A stretch of DNA of 64,000 bases. It comes from Thermoguttaceae bacterium. Its GTDB lineage: Bacteria; Planctomycetota; Planctomycetia; Pirellulales; Thermoguttaceae. Made by a program: the position numbers and the translations under genes. Where the stretch lies: contig OY762224.2 of assembly GCA_963665265.2 (NCBI GenBank), positions 3,255,456 through 3,319,455 on the forward strand, written 5' to 3'. Each line of letters opens with the position of its first letter. Position 1 is the stretch's first letter. Below, in pieces: positions 49,055 through 57,535 of this stretch. A model generated the notes under the pieces. The model saw only the letters and a list, made by a program, of their open reading frames with translations. It was not told the DNA's origin and did no database searches.

Positions 49055-49612
49055 TTGATAAGAAGCCCCGCTCATGTGGATCAACCGCCTTTGGAGGAAT
49101 ACAGTCCTACCGTGTCTTCGATCACCCCGCACGAAATCGTTCGCAAAGCGATAGAAGAAGACGCAATCGATTTGCTTTTGCTTGGGAAGCAGGAGTATCG
49201 ATATCTTCCATACTGGTCCTCCGCCTACGGCGATACAGACTTGCCAGATTTGTTGGAGGCTCTGCACGGGGAGGCGAAGAGAAAACCTGAGTTGGAAGTC
49301 GAAGAATCTCTGACCTATGCAATTCAAAAGATTCTCAAGACATACGAGGGATTATTGCCGACGGCGGAGTGCATATTCTACGAGTCTTACCTGCGATCAG
49401 AATCGCTTTCATCGTTCAACTTGCCGCTTGAAGAAATCGCAGTCATGCTTCGAGACCAGATCGAAAAATATAAAATCAGTTTGTTTACGGACAAATCTGG
49501 ACGTGGCGTGTTGTGGAAAGACGGTCTTCTAGGGGTATTGAGGCAGTTGAACATTGTAACGCAAGAATTCGGCGGTCCGTCCTTCTTCGATGTTCCGCTT
49601 AGCGTATTCTAA
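49055..49612 (+). CDS. hypothetical protein
   Basis: 185-aa ORF. No family recognised. Confidence 0.4.
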   Translation: MIRSPAHVDQPPLEEYSPTVSSITPHEIVRKAIEEDAIDLLLLGKQEYRYLPYWSSAYGDTDLPDLLEALHGEAKRKPELEVEESLTYAIQKILKTYEGLLPTAECIFYESYLRSESLSSFNLPLEEIAVMLRDQIEKYKISLFTDKSGRGVLWKDGLLGVLRQLNIVTQEFGGPSFFDVPLSVF

Positions 49613-49780
49613 ACGACTCCATTCTCATCGTCTCGGCGTCCCGGCGGCAAATGGGGACTTTCTTGGTTCTCGGTTTGTTTACGGGGGATGCGGAATGTGT
49701 CGCACTTAACCAACATCTTCAGCGTTGATACTCAAGCAGAACGCCATTCATCTGGCGTTACCGTTAACGGTTCATCAAGA

Positions 49781-49889
49781 AACAAAAAAGCCCGTCGGCA
49801 GGGGCAGGTGCCGAACGGGCAATTCGCTATTGGGCGTGGTGCGACGGATCGGGGCAGGTGTCCATCGCTAATAGAATTAACGCCCAAGT
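49781..49889 (-). ncRNA. structured small-RNA-like element, copy C
   Basis: On the minus strand GGATTGACA (49918-49923), a 17-nt spacer and GAAAAT (49896-49901). The outer stem is UUGGGCGU/ACGCCCAA. The inner hairpin GCGAUGGA/UCCGUCGC has loop CACCUGCCCCGA. The terminator GCCCGU(U)CGGC/GCCGACGGGC has loop ACCUGCCCCU and is followed by U6. Confidence 0.5.
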
Positions 49890-50133
49890 TCTTGTATTTT
49901 CGTAGATGCTGTTTTTTTGTCAATCCCCACCGAAAATTGGCTCGTTTACTTCCAGTTGCCTTTTCTGACTTTCTGGTCAAATCGACGGTCGTAACTGGCA
50001 AAAGTATTCCGATTCTGCGGGCTTCCAGGGGAGCAGCAGACCGTTTTTCCGTCGCAGAGAAACGGATATAATGGCCGAATCTGATCTGAGAAAGTCAGCC
50101 TCAAAACATCGAGATCGAAAGGGACAGCGATTT

Positions 50134-50625
50134 ATGCGTTATGTAATGAAACAAAAGATGTTTTCTTGGGGAGATGACTTCTTCATTAAGAACGACCAAG
50201 GACAAGATGTGTTTTTCGTAGACGGAAAAGCCTTTAGCTTTGGCAAAAAGCTTTCTTTTCAGGACATGAATCACAAGGAATTGCTGTTCATTCGAGAGAA
50301 GCTTCTTTCTTGGGGACCGACTTACGAGATAAGTCGTGATACCGAACTGGTCGCCGTCGTTAAGAAATCGCTCTTCACGCTGTTTCGCTGCAAGTTCACG
50401 GTGGATGTTCCTGGTCCGGACGACCTAGAGGCGGAAGGAGATTTTCTTGATCACGAATATGCGTTTACCAAAAACGGTAGAACCGTAGCTGTCGTATCAA
50501 AACAATGGTTCACTTGGACGGATACTTACGGCGTGGACGTTGCCGACGGTGAGGACGACGTTTTGATTTTGGCGAGTACCGTGGTAATCGACATGATTTG
50601 TCATGGCGACCAGAAAAACCGATGA
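50134..50625 (+). CDS. LURP-one-related / DUF567 (Tubby-C-like) family protein
   Basis: MRYVMKQKMFSWGDDFFIKNDQGQDVFFVDGKAFSFGKKLSFQDMNHKELLFIREKLLSWGPTYEI matches the family pattern. Confidence 0.6.
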   Translation: MRYVMKQKMFSWGDDFFIKNDQGQDVFFVDGKAFSFGKKLSFQDMNHKELLFIREKLLSWGPTYEISRDTELVAVVKKSLFTLFRCKFTVDVPGPDDLEAEGDFLDHEYAFTKNGRTVAVVSKQWFTWTDTYGVDVADGEDDVLILASTVVIDMICHGDQKNR

Positions 50626-50670
50626 TGTTCTTTAGAGAAAGCCCATCCATACCCCGCACCGCCTTCACGA

Positions 50671-51075
50671 TCAGAATCCTTCTCTTCGCCAATTGACCTC
50701 TTTCAGATCGACTGAATGATAATACGGTGAGTCTTTCACCAATCTTCGCAAAAGTCCCGCCAGTCGTTCGCTCGTTTCTGAGTCGATCCCAATAAAAACG
50801 GATTTGATACGGATGACGGATTGCTGCTCGGCATTTTTCCAAGCGATCAAGGAATCCGAACTCGTCGGCAAATTCTCCATGTCGATCGCCGAATCTCCCG
50901 TCAGATAAAACAAGAGTTGGAGTGCCTGAAAGCCGGTCAGAGATAAAGTCAGGGCTTCATCGATCTCGATTTGAATGTAGCCGTCGACGGGTTCAAGCCA
51001 GTGGTGTGAATTCGTTGGTCCGTCAGCAGTCCACCAAGTCGCCGAGATTGTCGTTTCTTCGTCGAGCGTAGTCAT
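50671..51075 (-). CDS. hypothetical protein
   Basis: 134-aa ORF with GGAG before the ATG. Confidence 0.4.
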   Translation of the reverse strand: MTTLDEETTISATWWTADGPTNSHHWLEPVDGYIQIEIDEALTLSLTGFQALQLLFYLTGDSAIDMENLPTSSDSLIAWKNAEQQSVIRIKSVFIGIDSETSERLAGLLRRLVKDSPYYHSVDLKEVNWRREGF

Positions 51076-51339
51076 ATTTCTCTCCTTATTCTTTAGGAGA
51101 GTAAGGAGGGAAAAAACTTGTGGAGATTTTTTGATTGCGGATTTGGTTTGTCCGAAAAATCTCGGAAACTCCGACTCATCCGCCGCACCATTATTCGCTT
51201 TCCCTCCAGGAATCTATCTCCCTCGTGGGGGCTATTGATTCCACCCCCCATACAGAAGTAAAATCGGGGGTTGAGGTGATTTTCATCTATACCAGAACCT
51301 TTTCTTATCTGGCAAATCTCAAACAGATAGGGGCTTGGC

Positions 51340-54300
51340 ATGAGAACTAATAAAGAGTTTTTTAAGACCTTGGGTGCCGAAAGAGCAAGATTCTTTCTGT
51401 GCGACCTTCATGTCCATAGCCCAGCTTCAAAGGACATGATCGAAGGCGAGAGGTTTGAAGCCCTCTCGGACGAGGAAAAAAAACGTCTTACCCTCGCAAA
51501 AGATTTGCGAGGGAATTTTCTTGAATACGAGACTCATTTGATTGAGCAAAACATATTTCCGATCGAAGACTACCTTGATCTGCTTATACGCCGGCGAGAC
51601 TCCGTTTTAAGCACGTTTCAGGCTTGTGAAGGTGATAAATGGGGAATCGTAGCTATAACCGACCACAACGTCTGCTCATATGCCTGCCGCCTTTCGACTT
51701 ACGCCTGGGACAATCGAAACTCTTCTCGATTAATTGTGCTCCCCGGAATTGAACTCGACGTTAGATTTCCCATTTCGGATGCTTCCATTTCTACTTCTGC
51801 TCACATTTTACTAATCTTCGCCCCAACAACTATCGATCGCAACATTGCATATGCAATTCGAGAGGCATCTGGGAATGACTGGGACTTTGGGCGACCGCTA
51901 GAAGTGAGTTCGCTTCAACATTTCGTGAACAGCATCCGACATCATTTGGTTTCTCCAGCAATTGCCATTGCTGCACACGTTGACACAGGAAAGGGAGTTC
52001 AGGCCCGCACTGTAAAGGCCATTGGCAAATCGTTCCGGGCACCAGAAGCGGAGTTTGCCCGCCTTTCCGGTGAGTTAGAAATTATGTCACTGAAGGGGCG
52101 AAACGATGTCTTGCCTTCGTGGGAGATGGTAGAAGTTAAGCAGAGCATTGAGGGCATCAAGGAAGAGATTGCAAACGAGAGTGAGATTCCGTTGAGGGTA
52201 CTGGAACTAATAGGCGGCTGCGGTTTTGATGGTCTTCAAGTCCACGACATATCTGCTGGGCGACACTATCGGAGACTTCATCGGTTCGAGCAGAAAATTG
52301 GTAGGGCTGTTCCCCTTATTTGTTCTGACGCCCATCGAATCGACGACGTGTTTGTATGTAAGAGCGGTGAAGTCCCCTTCATCAAGCTTTCAGATATCAC
52401 TGCCGACGACTCTCCCGAGAGGAAAAGTGTATGGGAGAATGCCGAAGTCCCATTTATGAAGCTTTCGAATCTTTCCAGCACCCGATCTCCAGAAGATGTG
52501 TTCCATGAGATTCGCACTCGGGGTATTCGATACGGAGAGACACGCTTTAGCGTCCAATCTCCTGGTGAAGTAACTTGCTGGATTTCCGGCATTGAAATTA
52601 TCCCCGATTCCCCAAAAGCAAAGACTTTTTGGCCATTTTCAGACACAGAATCCAACTCGTTTAACTTGTCGTTGTCTCGCAACCTCAACTGCTTGATAGG
52701 AGGAAGAGGCTCAGGAAAGAGTGCTGCAATAGAAGCCCTCTCGTTCGCCGCCCAGCCGAAGTTTCTTGAGGATCGAGATTCAGGGCCATTTGTTGATGAC
52801 TTCCGACGACGAGCCGACGCAACTATTTCCGGCTGCAATGTGCGATTGTGTTGGATTTGTCTGGATGAACAAGGAGCGTACCTGCAAAAACGTGCCATCT
52901 TTTCCACGAGATACTTCAACGAATCGGGGAGGCACCAATCAATCTCTTGTTCGGACATAGATAACAAAGAGATACCCTTGGTCTCACTTCCGATAGAGAT
53001 ATTTCGATTGCATGAAATTGAAGACCTGGTCGAGAAGCCAGAGCAACTCCGTGACCTCTTCGATAACCTCTGTGGTGAAGACGTTGCAGCAAGGACGAAA
53101 AAGATTACATCTCTCGTGGGGCAACTGCAAGGACAGAGAAAGGTACTAATTGGGATCGCAAAGGAAATCTGTCTGCTAACAAGAGAAGGCTCACCGTTGA
53201 GGGCTTATGCGTATCGCAAAATGCTGTATGACGCAGTTAATTCCAATGACGTTCGAGCCAAGTACGAACGTTTGGACGGAGCGGCAAAAGCCGCCGAGAT
53301 AGCGAAAACAGCAGAAGATAACTGGAAAACGCTTTACGATGAATTCGACCTTAAGGATAAAAAACGGCAGCTTGAGGACTTCTTCGTTAAAGTCGAGAAT
53401 GCAGCAACTGATTTCGATAAGAACCTTCTGCCCTTTTGTTCTCCGTTTGAAGATTTCGTCAAAGCCCCTGCTGACGGCGATGAAACCAGTAGGAACCTCA
53501 AAGCTCGGGTCATTGGGGCGGTCACGCAGCTTGATACCGAGCTATCGGCAGTAACGCAGGTTGCGGACAACGCCGGGAAGACTACCCTCGACGCCATTAA
53601 GATCGAGAGAGAAAAACTTGCTGGAGAAGGATTGCCCGTAGGTGGAAAGGAGCGTGAAGCAAAAAAACTAGAATTTGATGAATCTGTTCAGGCCCTTGAG
53701 TCCTACAAAAAGCAAGTCGAACTATGGACGCAAGAGATGCAATTAAGGAACGCTACGTTTGCATATCTTGAAGCCGAGTGTAGAGCTCGCACTGAAGAAC
53801 GAAAGAAGAAGGCGGCGGAGATCACAACAAAACTACGCCATGAGCTTGACCCAGGAACCCTTGTGATCGAAATAGATGCCCGGCCGATGGCAGATAAACG
53901 AGGATTGGCGGAATGGATTAATGGGCATCTATACCCCCCAAATACGAGGTCAAAAGATGTTCGCACGGACGCACTCATTGAAGACGGTTTGATGCCAAAG
54001 ACGCTCCGAAATGCTTTGCTTGGAGAAGAAGAATTTCCTTGTGTCGAACGAGCTAGTGTAACAACAGGGCAAATCGATAAAGCGGCGACCGCTCTTTTTG
54101 TCGGGCATTGTTGGGGAATGCGACGGCTTCCTCCAGAGAAACAGCAAACCGAAGTGTCTCCGGAGCAATGGACTAGTTTACCAGAAGATATTCGAAACGG
54201 GTTACTTTGCTTCCCCGTCGTTCCTGACACTGATGGAAAACTAGATGAGAAGCGGCTCAGTAATGTCTTGGAAATTGACGAAATTATCTTCGACGACCTG

Positions 54301-54765
54301 CCGGAAATCCGGTTAATGGATCGACCAGGTGAAATGACGACGGCACGCCCTCTGCCAGAGCTTTCCCCCGGACAACGTTGCAGTGCAATTCTTCCCATTC
54401 TTCTTTTGAACGGAACGTGCCCTTTGGTAATAGATCAACCCGAGGACAATTTGGACAATCGTCTGATCCGTGAGGTTGTAGTTAAAATACTTGCCTCAAT
54501 CAAGCTGAAAAGGCAAGTTATCATCGCTACCCATAACCCCAATCTGCCGGTCTTGGGGGATGTTGAACAAGCCATTGTCTTACGGGCAGTTGAAGACAAT
54601 AAGTGCCAATTACAGGTCACTGGCAATTTGGATGACCCAAAGGTAGTGCGGCTTATCACCGAAGTGATGGAGGGCGGTCGTGAGGCATTCCAGTACCGCC
54701 ACTCCATTTATCAACCGTATTGGGAAGGACCAGTTGCCACAGAAGATGGAAGGTCGGAAGCTTGA
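51340..54765 (+). CDS. PHP-domain phosphoesterase fused to an ABC/SMC-like ATPase with a long coiled-coil insert
   Basis: N-terminus FFLCDLHVHSPASKD...AITDHN...GIELD...AAHVD...SDAH (PHP metal ligands). Walker A is LIGGRGSGKSAAIEAL at about residue 470. About 400 aa are coiled-coil-like. The signature-like segment is LSPGQR, Walker B is LVIDQPEDNLD, and the H-loop region is IIATHNPN. Confidence 0.75.
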   Translation: MRTNKEFFKTLGAERARFFLCDLHVHSPASKDMIEGERFEALSDEEKKRLTLAKDLRGNFLEYETHLIEQNIFPIEDYLDLLIRRRDSVLSTFQACEGDKWGIVAITDHNVCSYACRLSTYAWDNRNSSRLIVLPGIELDVRFPISDASISTSAHILLIFAPTTIDRNIAYAIREASGNDWDFGRPLEVSSLQHFVNSIRHHLVSPAIAIAAHVDTGKGVQARTVKAIGKSFRAPEAEFARLSGELEIMSLKGRNDVLPSWEMVEVKQSIEGIKEEIANESEIPLRVLELIGGCGFDGLQVHDISAGRHYRRLHRFEQKIGRAVPLICSDAHRIDDVFVCKSGEVPFIKLSDITADDSPERKSVWENAEVPFMKLSNLSSTRSPEDVFHEIRTRGIRYGETRFSVQSPGEVTCWISGIEIIPDSPKAKTFWPFSDTESNSFNLSLSRNLNCLIGGRGSGKSAAIEALSFAAQPKFLEDRDSGPFVDDFRRRADATISGCNVRLCWICLDEQGAYLQKRAIFSTRYFNESGRHQSISCSDIDNKEIPLVSLPIEIFRLHEIEDLVEKPEQLRDLFDNLCGEDVAARTKKITSLVGQLQGQRKVLIGIAKEICLLTREGSPLRAYAYRKMLYDAVNSNDVRAKYERLDGAAKAAEIAKTAEDNWKTLYDEFDLKDKKRQLEDFFVKVENAATDFDKNLLPFCSPFEDFVKAPADGDETSRNLKARVIGAVTQLDTELSAVTQVADNAGKTTLDAIKIEREKLAGEGLPVGGKEREAKKLEFDESVQALESYKKQVELWTQEMQLRNATFAYLEAECRARTEERKKKAAEITTKLRHELDPGTLVIEIDARPMADKRGLAEWINGHLYPPNTRSKDVRTDALIEDGLMPKTLRNALLGEEEFPCVERASVTTGQIDKAATALFVGHCWGMRRLPPEKQQTEVSPEQWTSLPEDIRNGLLCFPVVPDTDGKLDEKRLSNVLEIDEIIFDDLPEIRLMDRPGEMTTARPLPELSPGQRCSAILPILLLNGTCPLVIDQPEDNLDNRLIREVVVKILASIKLKRQVIIATHNPNLPVLGDVEQAIVLRAVEDNKCQLQVTGNLDDPKVVRLITEVMEGGREAFQYRHSIYQPYWEGPVATEDGRSEA

Positions 54766-54836
54766 GTATCCAAGCTTCCGCTACACGAGCTGATAGGCCG
54801 CCAACCACGGCGTTGCTTAGCCTTGAGGATATTCAC

Positions 54837-55322
54837 ATGCCATTTGAAAAAGAATTTACAATACGGACGGCGACCTTCAATGAAGTTGGTTGGTTTTTTC
54901 GCAGTGCTTCCCAACAGGATTGGAATGGCATTGTTCCAGCTTTTATCGACGATACACGGCTCGAACTCTGCGATGGTTTTTCTGTGGCAGAATACCAGGG
55001 TGAAGTCATCGGGGCTGTCGCAACTTCGTCAAAGGGCATGGATGGAAAGTCCTTGCCGACAATCGTGAACCTTTACGTCTTGCGTAAATTCACCAAAAAA
55101 GGCGTTGGGTTACGTCTACTCGTGGATGCGATGAAACGTTTGCTTTCGCCAGAAAGCCCCAAGGTATACTGCCTGGCAATCACAAGAGCGATGGTGAGAA
55201 CAATCGAGAAGCTTCCACAGGAATTAAGGGATTGCTTGGAATACAAGGTTGACCTCAGCGAAGATTTCGTGGCAGCATGGGAGTCGCTGCAAAAAATCAA
55301 GGGGATTGATAGTTGCGAATAA
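54837..55322 (+). CDS. GNAT-family N-acetyltransferase (probable)
   Basis: 162 aa: EVIGAVATSS...VNLYVLRKFTKKGVGLRLLVDAMKRL resembles the GNAT acetyl-CoA binding segment. Confidence 0.55.
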   Translation: MPFEKEFTIRTATFNEVGWFFRSASQQDWNGIVPAFIDDTRLELCDGFSVAEYQGEVIGAVATSSKGMDGKSLPTIVNLYVLRKFTKKGVGLRLLVDAMKRLLSPESPKVYCLAITRAMVRTIEKLPQELRDCLEYKVDLSEDFVAAWESLQKIKGIDSCE

Positions 55323-55512
55323 ACCGGACATGAGCAGAGGTCGAATTCAAAGACGATTCCGATGAGTGGTCCGCCGTCGCCGTGTTTGCTATGGATGTCA
55401 TCAACGACAGTGGATCCGTTCTCGGCGATTACGGAAGCGTTGAAGAGGCAATATTGATACCAATAAGTCGGCTTTTATATCGCACAAATCGATTTACCGA
55501 AGGACACATTAC

Positions 55513-57201
55513 ATGACACGCATTCAGATCAAGGGTGGTGAATATCCAATTGGGAAAATTTTTGGAAAGGATTTTGTCTTCCGAATCCCGTTGTATCAAC
55601 GTCCATACGCATGGCAACAAGACCAAACAGAGGAGCTTCTGGATGACCTTCTTTCTTTCGTTGGTGACGGGAATGAGCCAGTTGATGACCTTAATCCCTA
55701 TTTTCTCGGCAACATCGTGGTCATTAAGGAAGACCATAAGCCTGATGCCGACGTAGTAGATGGTCAGCAACGACTGACAACCCTGGCGATTCTTCTGTCC
55801 GTGATACGTTCACTGACAGACGGAGATTTTGCCAAAGGACTTACGGAGTTCATCTACGAGAAGGGAAATCCCGTCGAGGAGACCCAAGACCGTTTTCGGC
55901 TGACTCTTCGGGATCGTGACGCCACGTTCTTTCAAGATTATATCCAGAAGGAGGGGCAGTTGCAGGGACTCTTATCGCTTGATGAGGTAAAGCTAAGTGA
56001 CAGCCAGAAGAACATTCGCTCAAATACAGCCTCTCTTTTTAAACGCCTTAAGGAATTTCCGAAAGACGCCTGCAAACGCTTGGCTCAGTTCGTAATCAAG
56101 CAGTGCTTCTTGGTGGTTGTATCGACTCCAGACTTCGAGTCAGCCTATCGCATCTTTACCGTCCTGAACAGTCGTGGGCTTGACCTTTCACATGCCGATA
56201 TCCTGAAGTCGGAGATCGTTGGCAAAGTCTCATCGGAGGAACAAGATAAATACGGTAAGCGTTGGGAAGATACGGAAGAACTGTTGGGCCGAGAGTCGTT
56301 CGCCGACCTTTTCTCGCATATTCGGACGGTCTATCGAAAGTTGAAACTGAAGGGAACTGTCCTGGCAGAGTTCAGGCAATATGTGATGTCAGAAGTCAAG
56401 GATTCCAGAACCCTGATTGATGATGTAATCGTCCCATACGCCAACGCATTCTCGGATATCAGAGAAGCCAATTACGAGAGTTCAAAGGGAGCAGATGATG
56501 TCAATACTCTTCTGAAGTGGCTTGGCGAGATCGACAACGCTGACTGGTTGCCTTCGGCCATGCTCTACATGTCACAAAATACAAATGCACCTGATGAACT
56601 TCGGCTGTTTTTCACCAATCTTGAACGTCTTGCCGTGATGCAGATGCTTACGAGATCAAGCATTAACGAACGAATCGAGCGATATGGGCGTTTAATAAAT
56701 GCCATACAGAAGATGGCTGATCTATATGCTGAGGAATCGCCGCTCAAAATCTCAAGGGACGAACAAGAGAGAATGCTCTGTGTTCTTGATGGAGACGTGT
56801 ATAACCTTCTCCCCAAAGTACGTAAATACGTTATGCTTCGGCTTGACTCCGCTTTGTCTGGAGGAGGTGCGACTTACGATCATGGGGTCTTTAGCATCGA
56901 GCATGTTCTTCCTCAACAACCCAAGGCTGGGAGTGTGTGGGAGTCATGGTTTCCTGATTCTGCTGAACGTGAGCAACTCGTTCATCGTCTTGGAAATCTT
57001 GTCATATTGAGCCGACGGAAGAATAGTAGTGCAAGCAATTACGATTTTGACAAAAAGAAGGCAAGTTACTTCACGAAAGATGGTGTTTCACCATTTCAGA
57101 TTACGACCCAGGTGGTTAGCGAAGAGACATGGACGTCCGTTGTAATCAAACGTCGCCAAACGGAGCTTGTCACCAAACTAAAGTCAATATGGAACCTGTA
57201 G
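55513..57201 (+). CDS. GmrSD-type DUF262/DUF1524 protein (type IV modification-dependent restriction candidate)
   Basis: N-terminus IPLYQRPYAWQQDQTEELLDDL...VVDGQQRLTTL (DUF262/ParB-like). C-terminus IEHVLPQ...HRLGNLVILSRRKNSSASNYDF (DUF1524 His-Me finger). Confidence 0.85.
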   Translation: MTRIQIKGGEYPIGKIFGKDFVFRIPLYQRPYAWQQDQTEELLDDLLSFVGDGNEPVDDLNPYFLGNIVVIKEDHKPDADVVDGQQRLTTLAILLSVIRSLTDGDFAKGLTEFIYEKGNPVEETQDRFRLTLRDRDATFFQDYIQKEGQLQGLLSLDEVKLSDSQKNIRSNTASLFKRLKEFPKDACKRLAQFVIKQCFLVVVSTPDFESAYRIFTVLNSRGLDLSHADILKSEIVGKVSSEEQDKYGKRWEDTEELLGRESFADLFSHIRTVYRKLKLKGTVLAEFRQYVMSEVKDSRTLIDDVIVPYANAFSDIREANYESSKGADDVNTLLKWLGEIDNADWLPSAMLYMSQNTNAPDELRLFFTNLERLAVMQMLTRSSINERIERYGRLINAIQKMADLYAEESPLKISRDEQERMLCVLDGDVYNLLPKVRKYVMLRLDSALSGGGATYDHGVFSIEHVLPQQPKAGSVWESWFPDSAEREQLVHRLGNLVILSRRKNSSASNYDFDKKKASYFTKDGVSPFQITTQVVSEETWTSVVIKRRQTELVTKLKSIWNL

Positions 57202-57243
57202 GTTGCTGACTTTCGACGTCAAGTTGGAGGGTAGTGTGATCCC

Positions 57244-57519
57244 ATGAAACTCTTCCGCTACCGAAAACCGTCCCTCAAAACCCTTCTCGGCGTGACCAAA
57301 GCCAAGAAGCGATTGAAAAAAGAACTCGGTATCACCGACGCCTTGAAACCATTTTGATGATGGACGAACAAGAAACGGAAGATCAAACGTGATGTCGGTT
57401 ACGAATCGGACGCCGGTCGGTTGATACGAAATGGATTGCCGAAGCCGGGAGGGTGTTTGGTGGTGATTTTGGTTGGAGTCGGCGTATTGGTGATGGCGGC
57501 GGTGGTGATGGCTAGGTGA
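57244..57519 (+). pseudogene. small ORF interrupted by two consecutive in-frame TGA codons
   Basis: MKLFRYRKPSLKTLLGVTKAKKRLKKELGITDALKPF-TGA-TGA-WTNKKRKIKRDVGYESDAGRLIRNGLPKPGGCLVVILVGVGVLVMAAVVMAR*. One frame is kept throughout and there is a C-terminal hydrophobic helix. Confidence 0.3.
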
Positions 57520-57535
57520 AAAAGGAGGTGCATTA

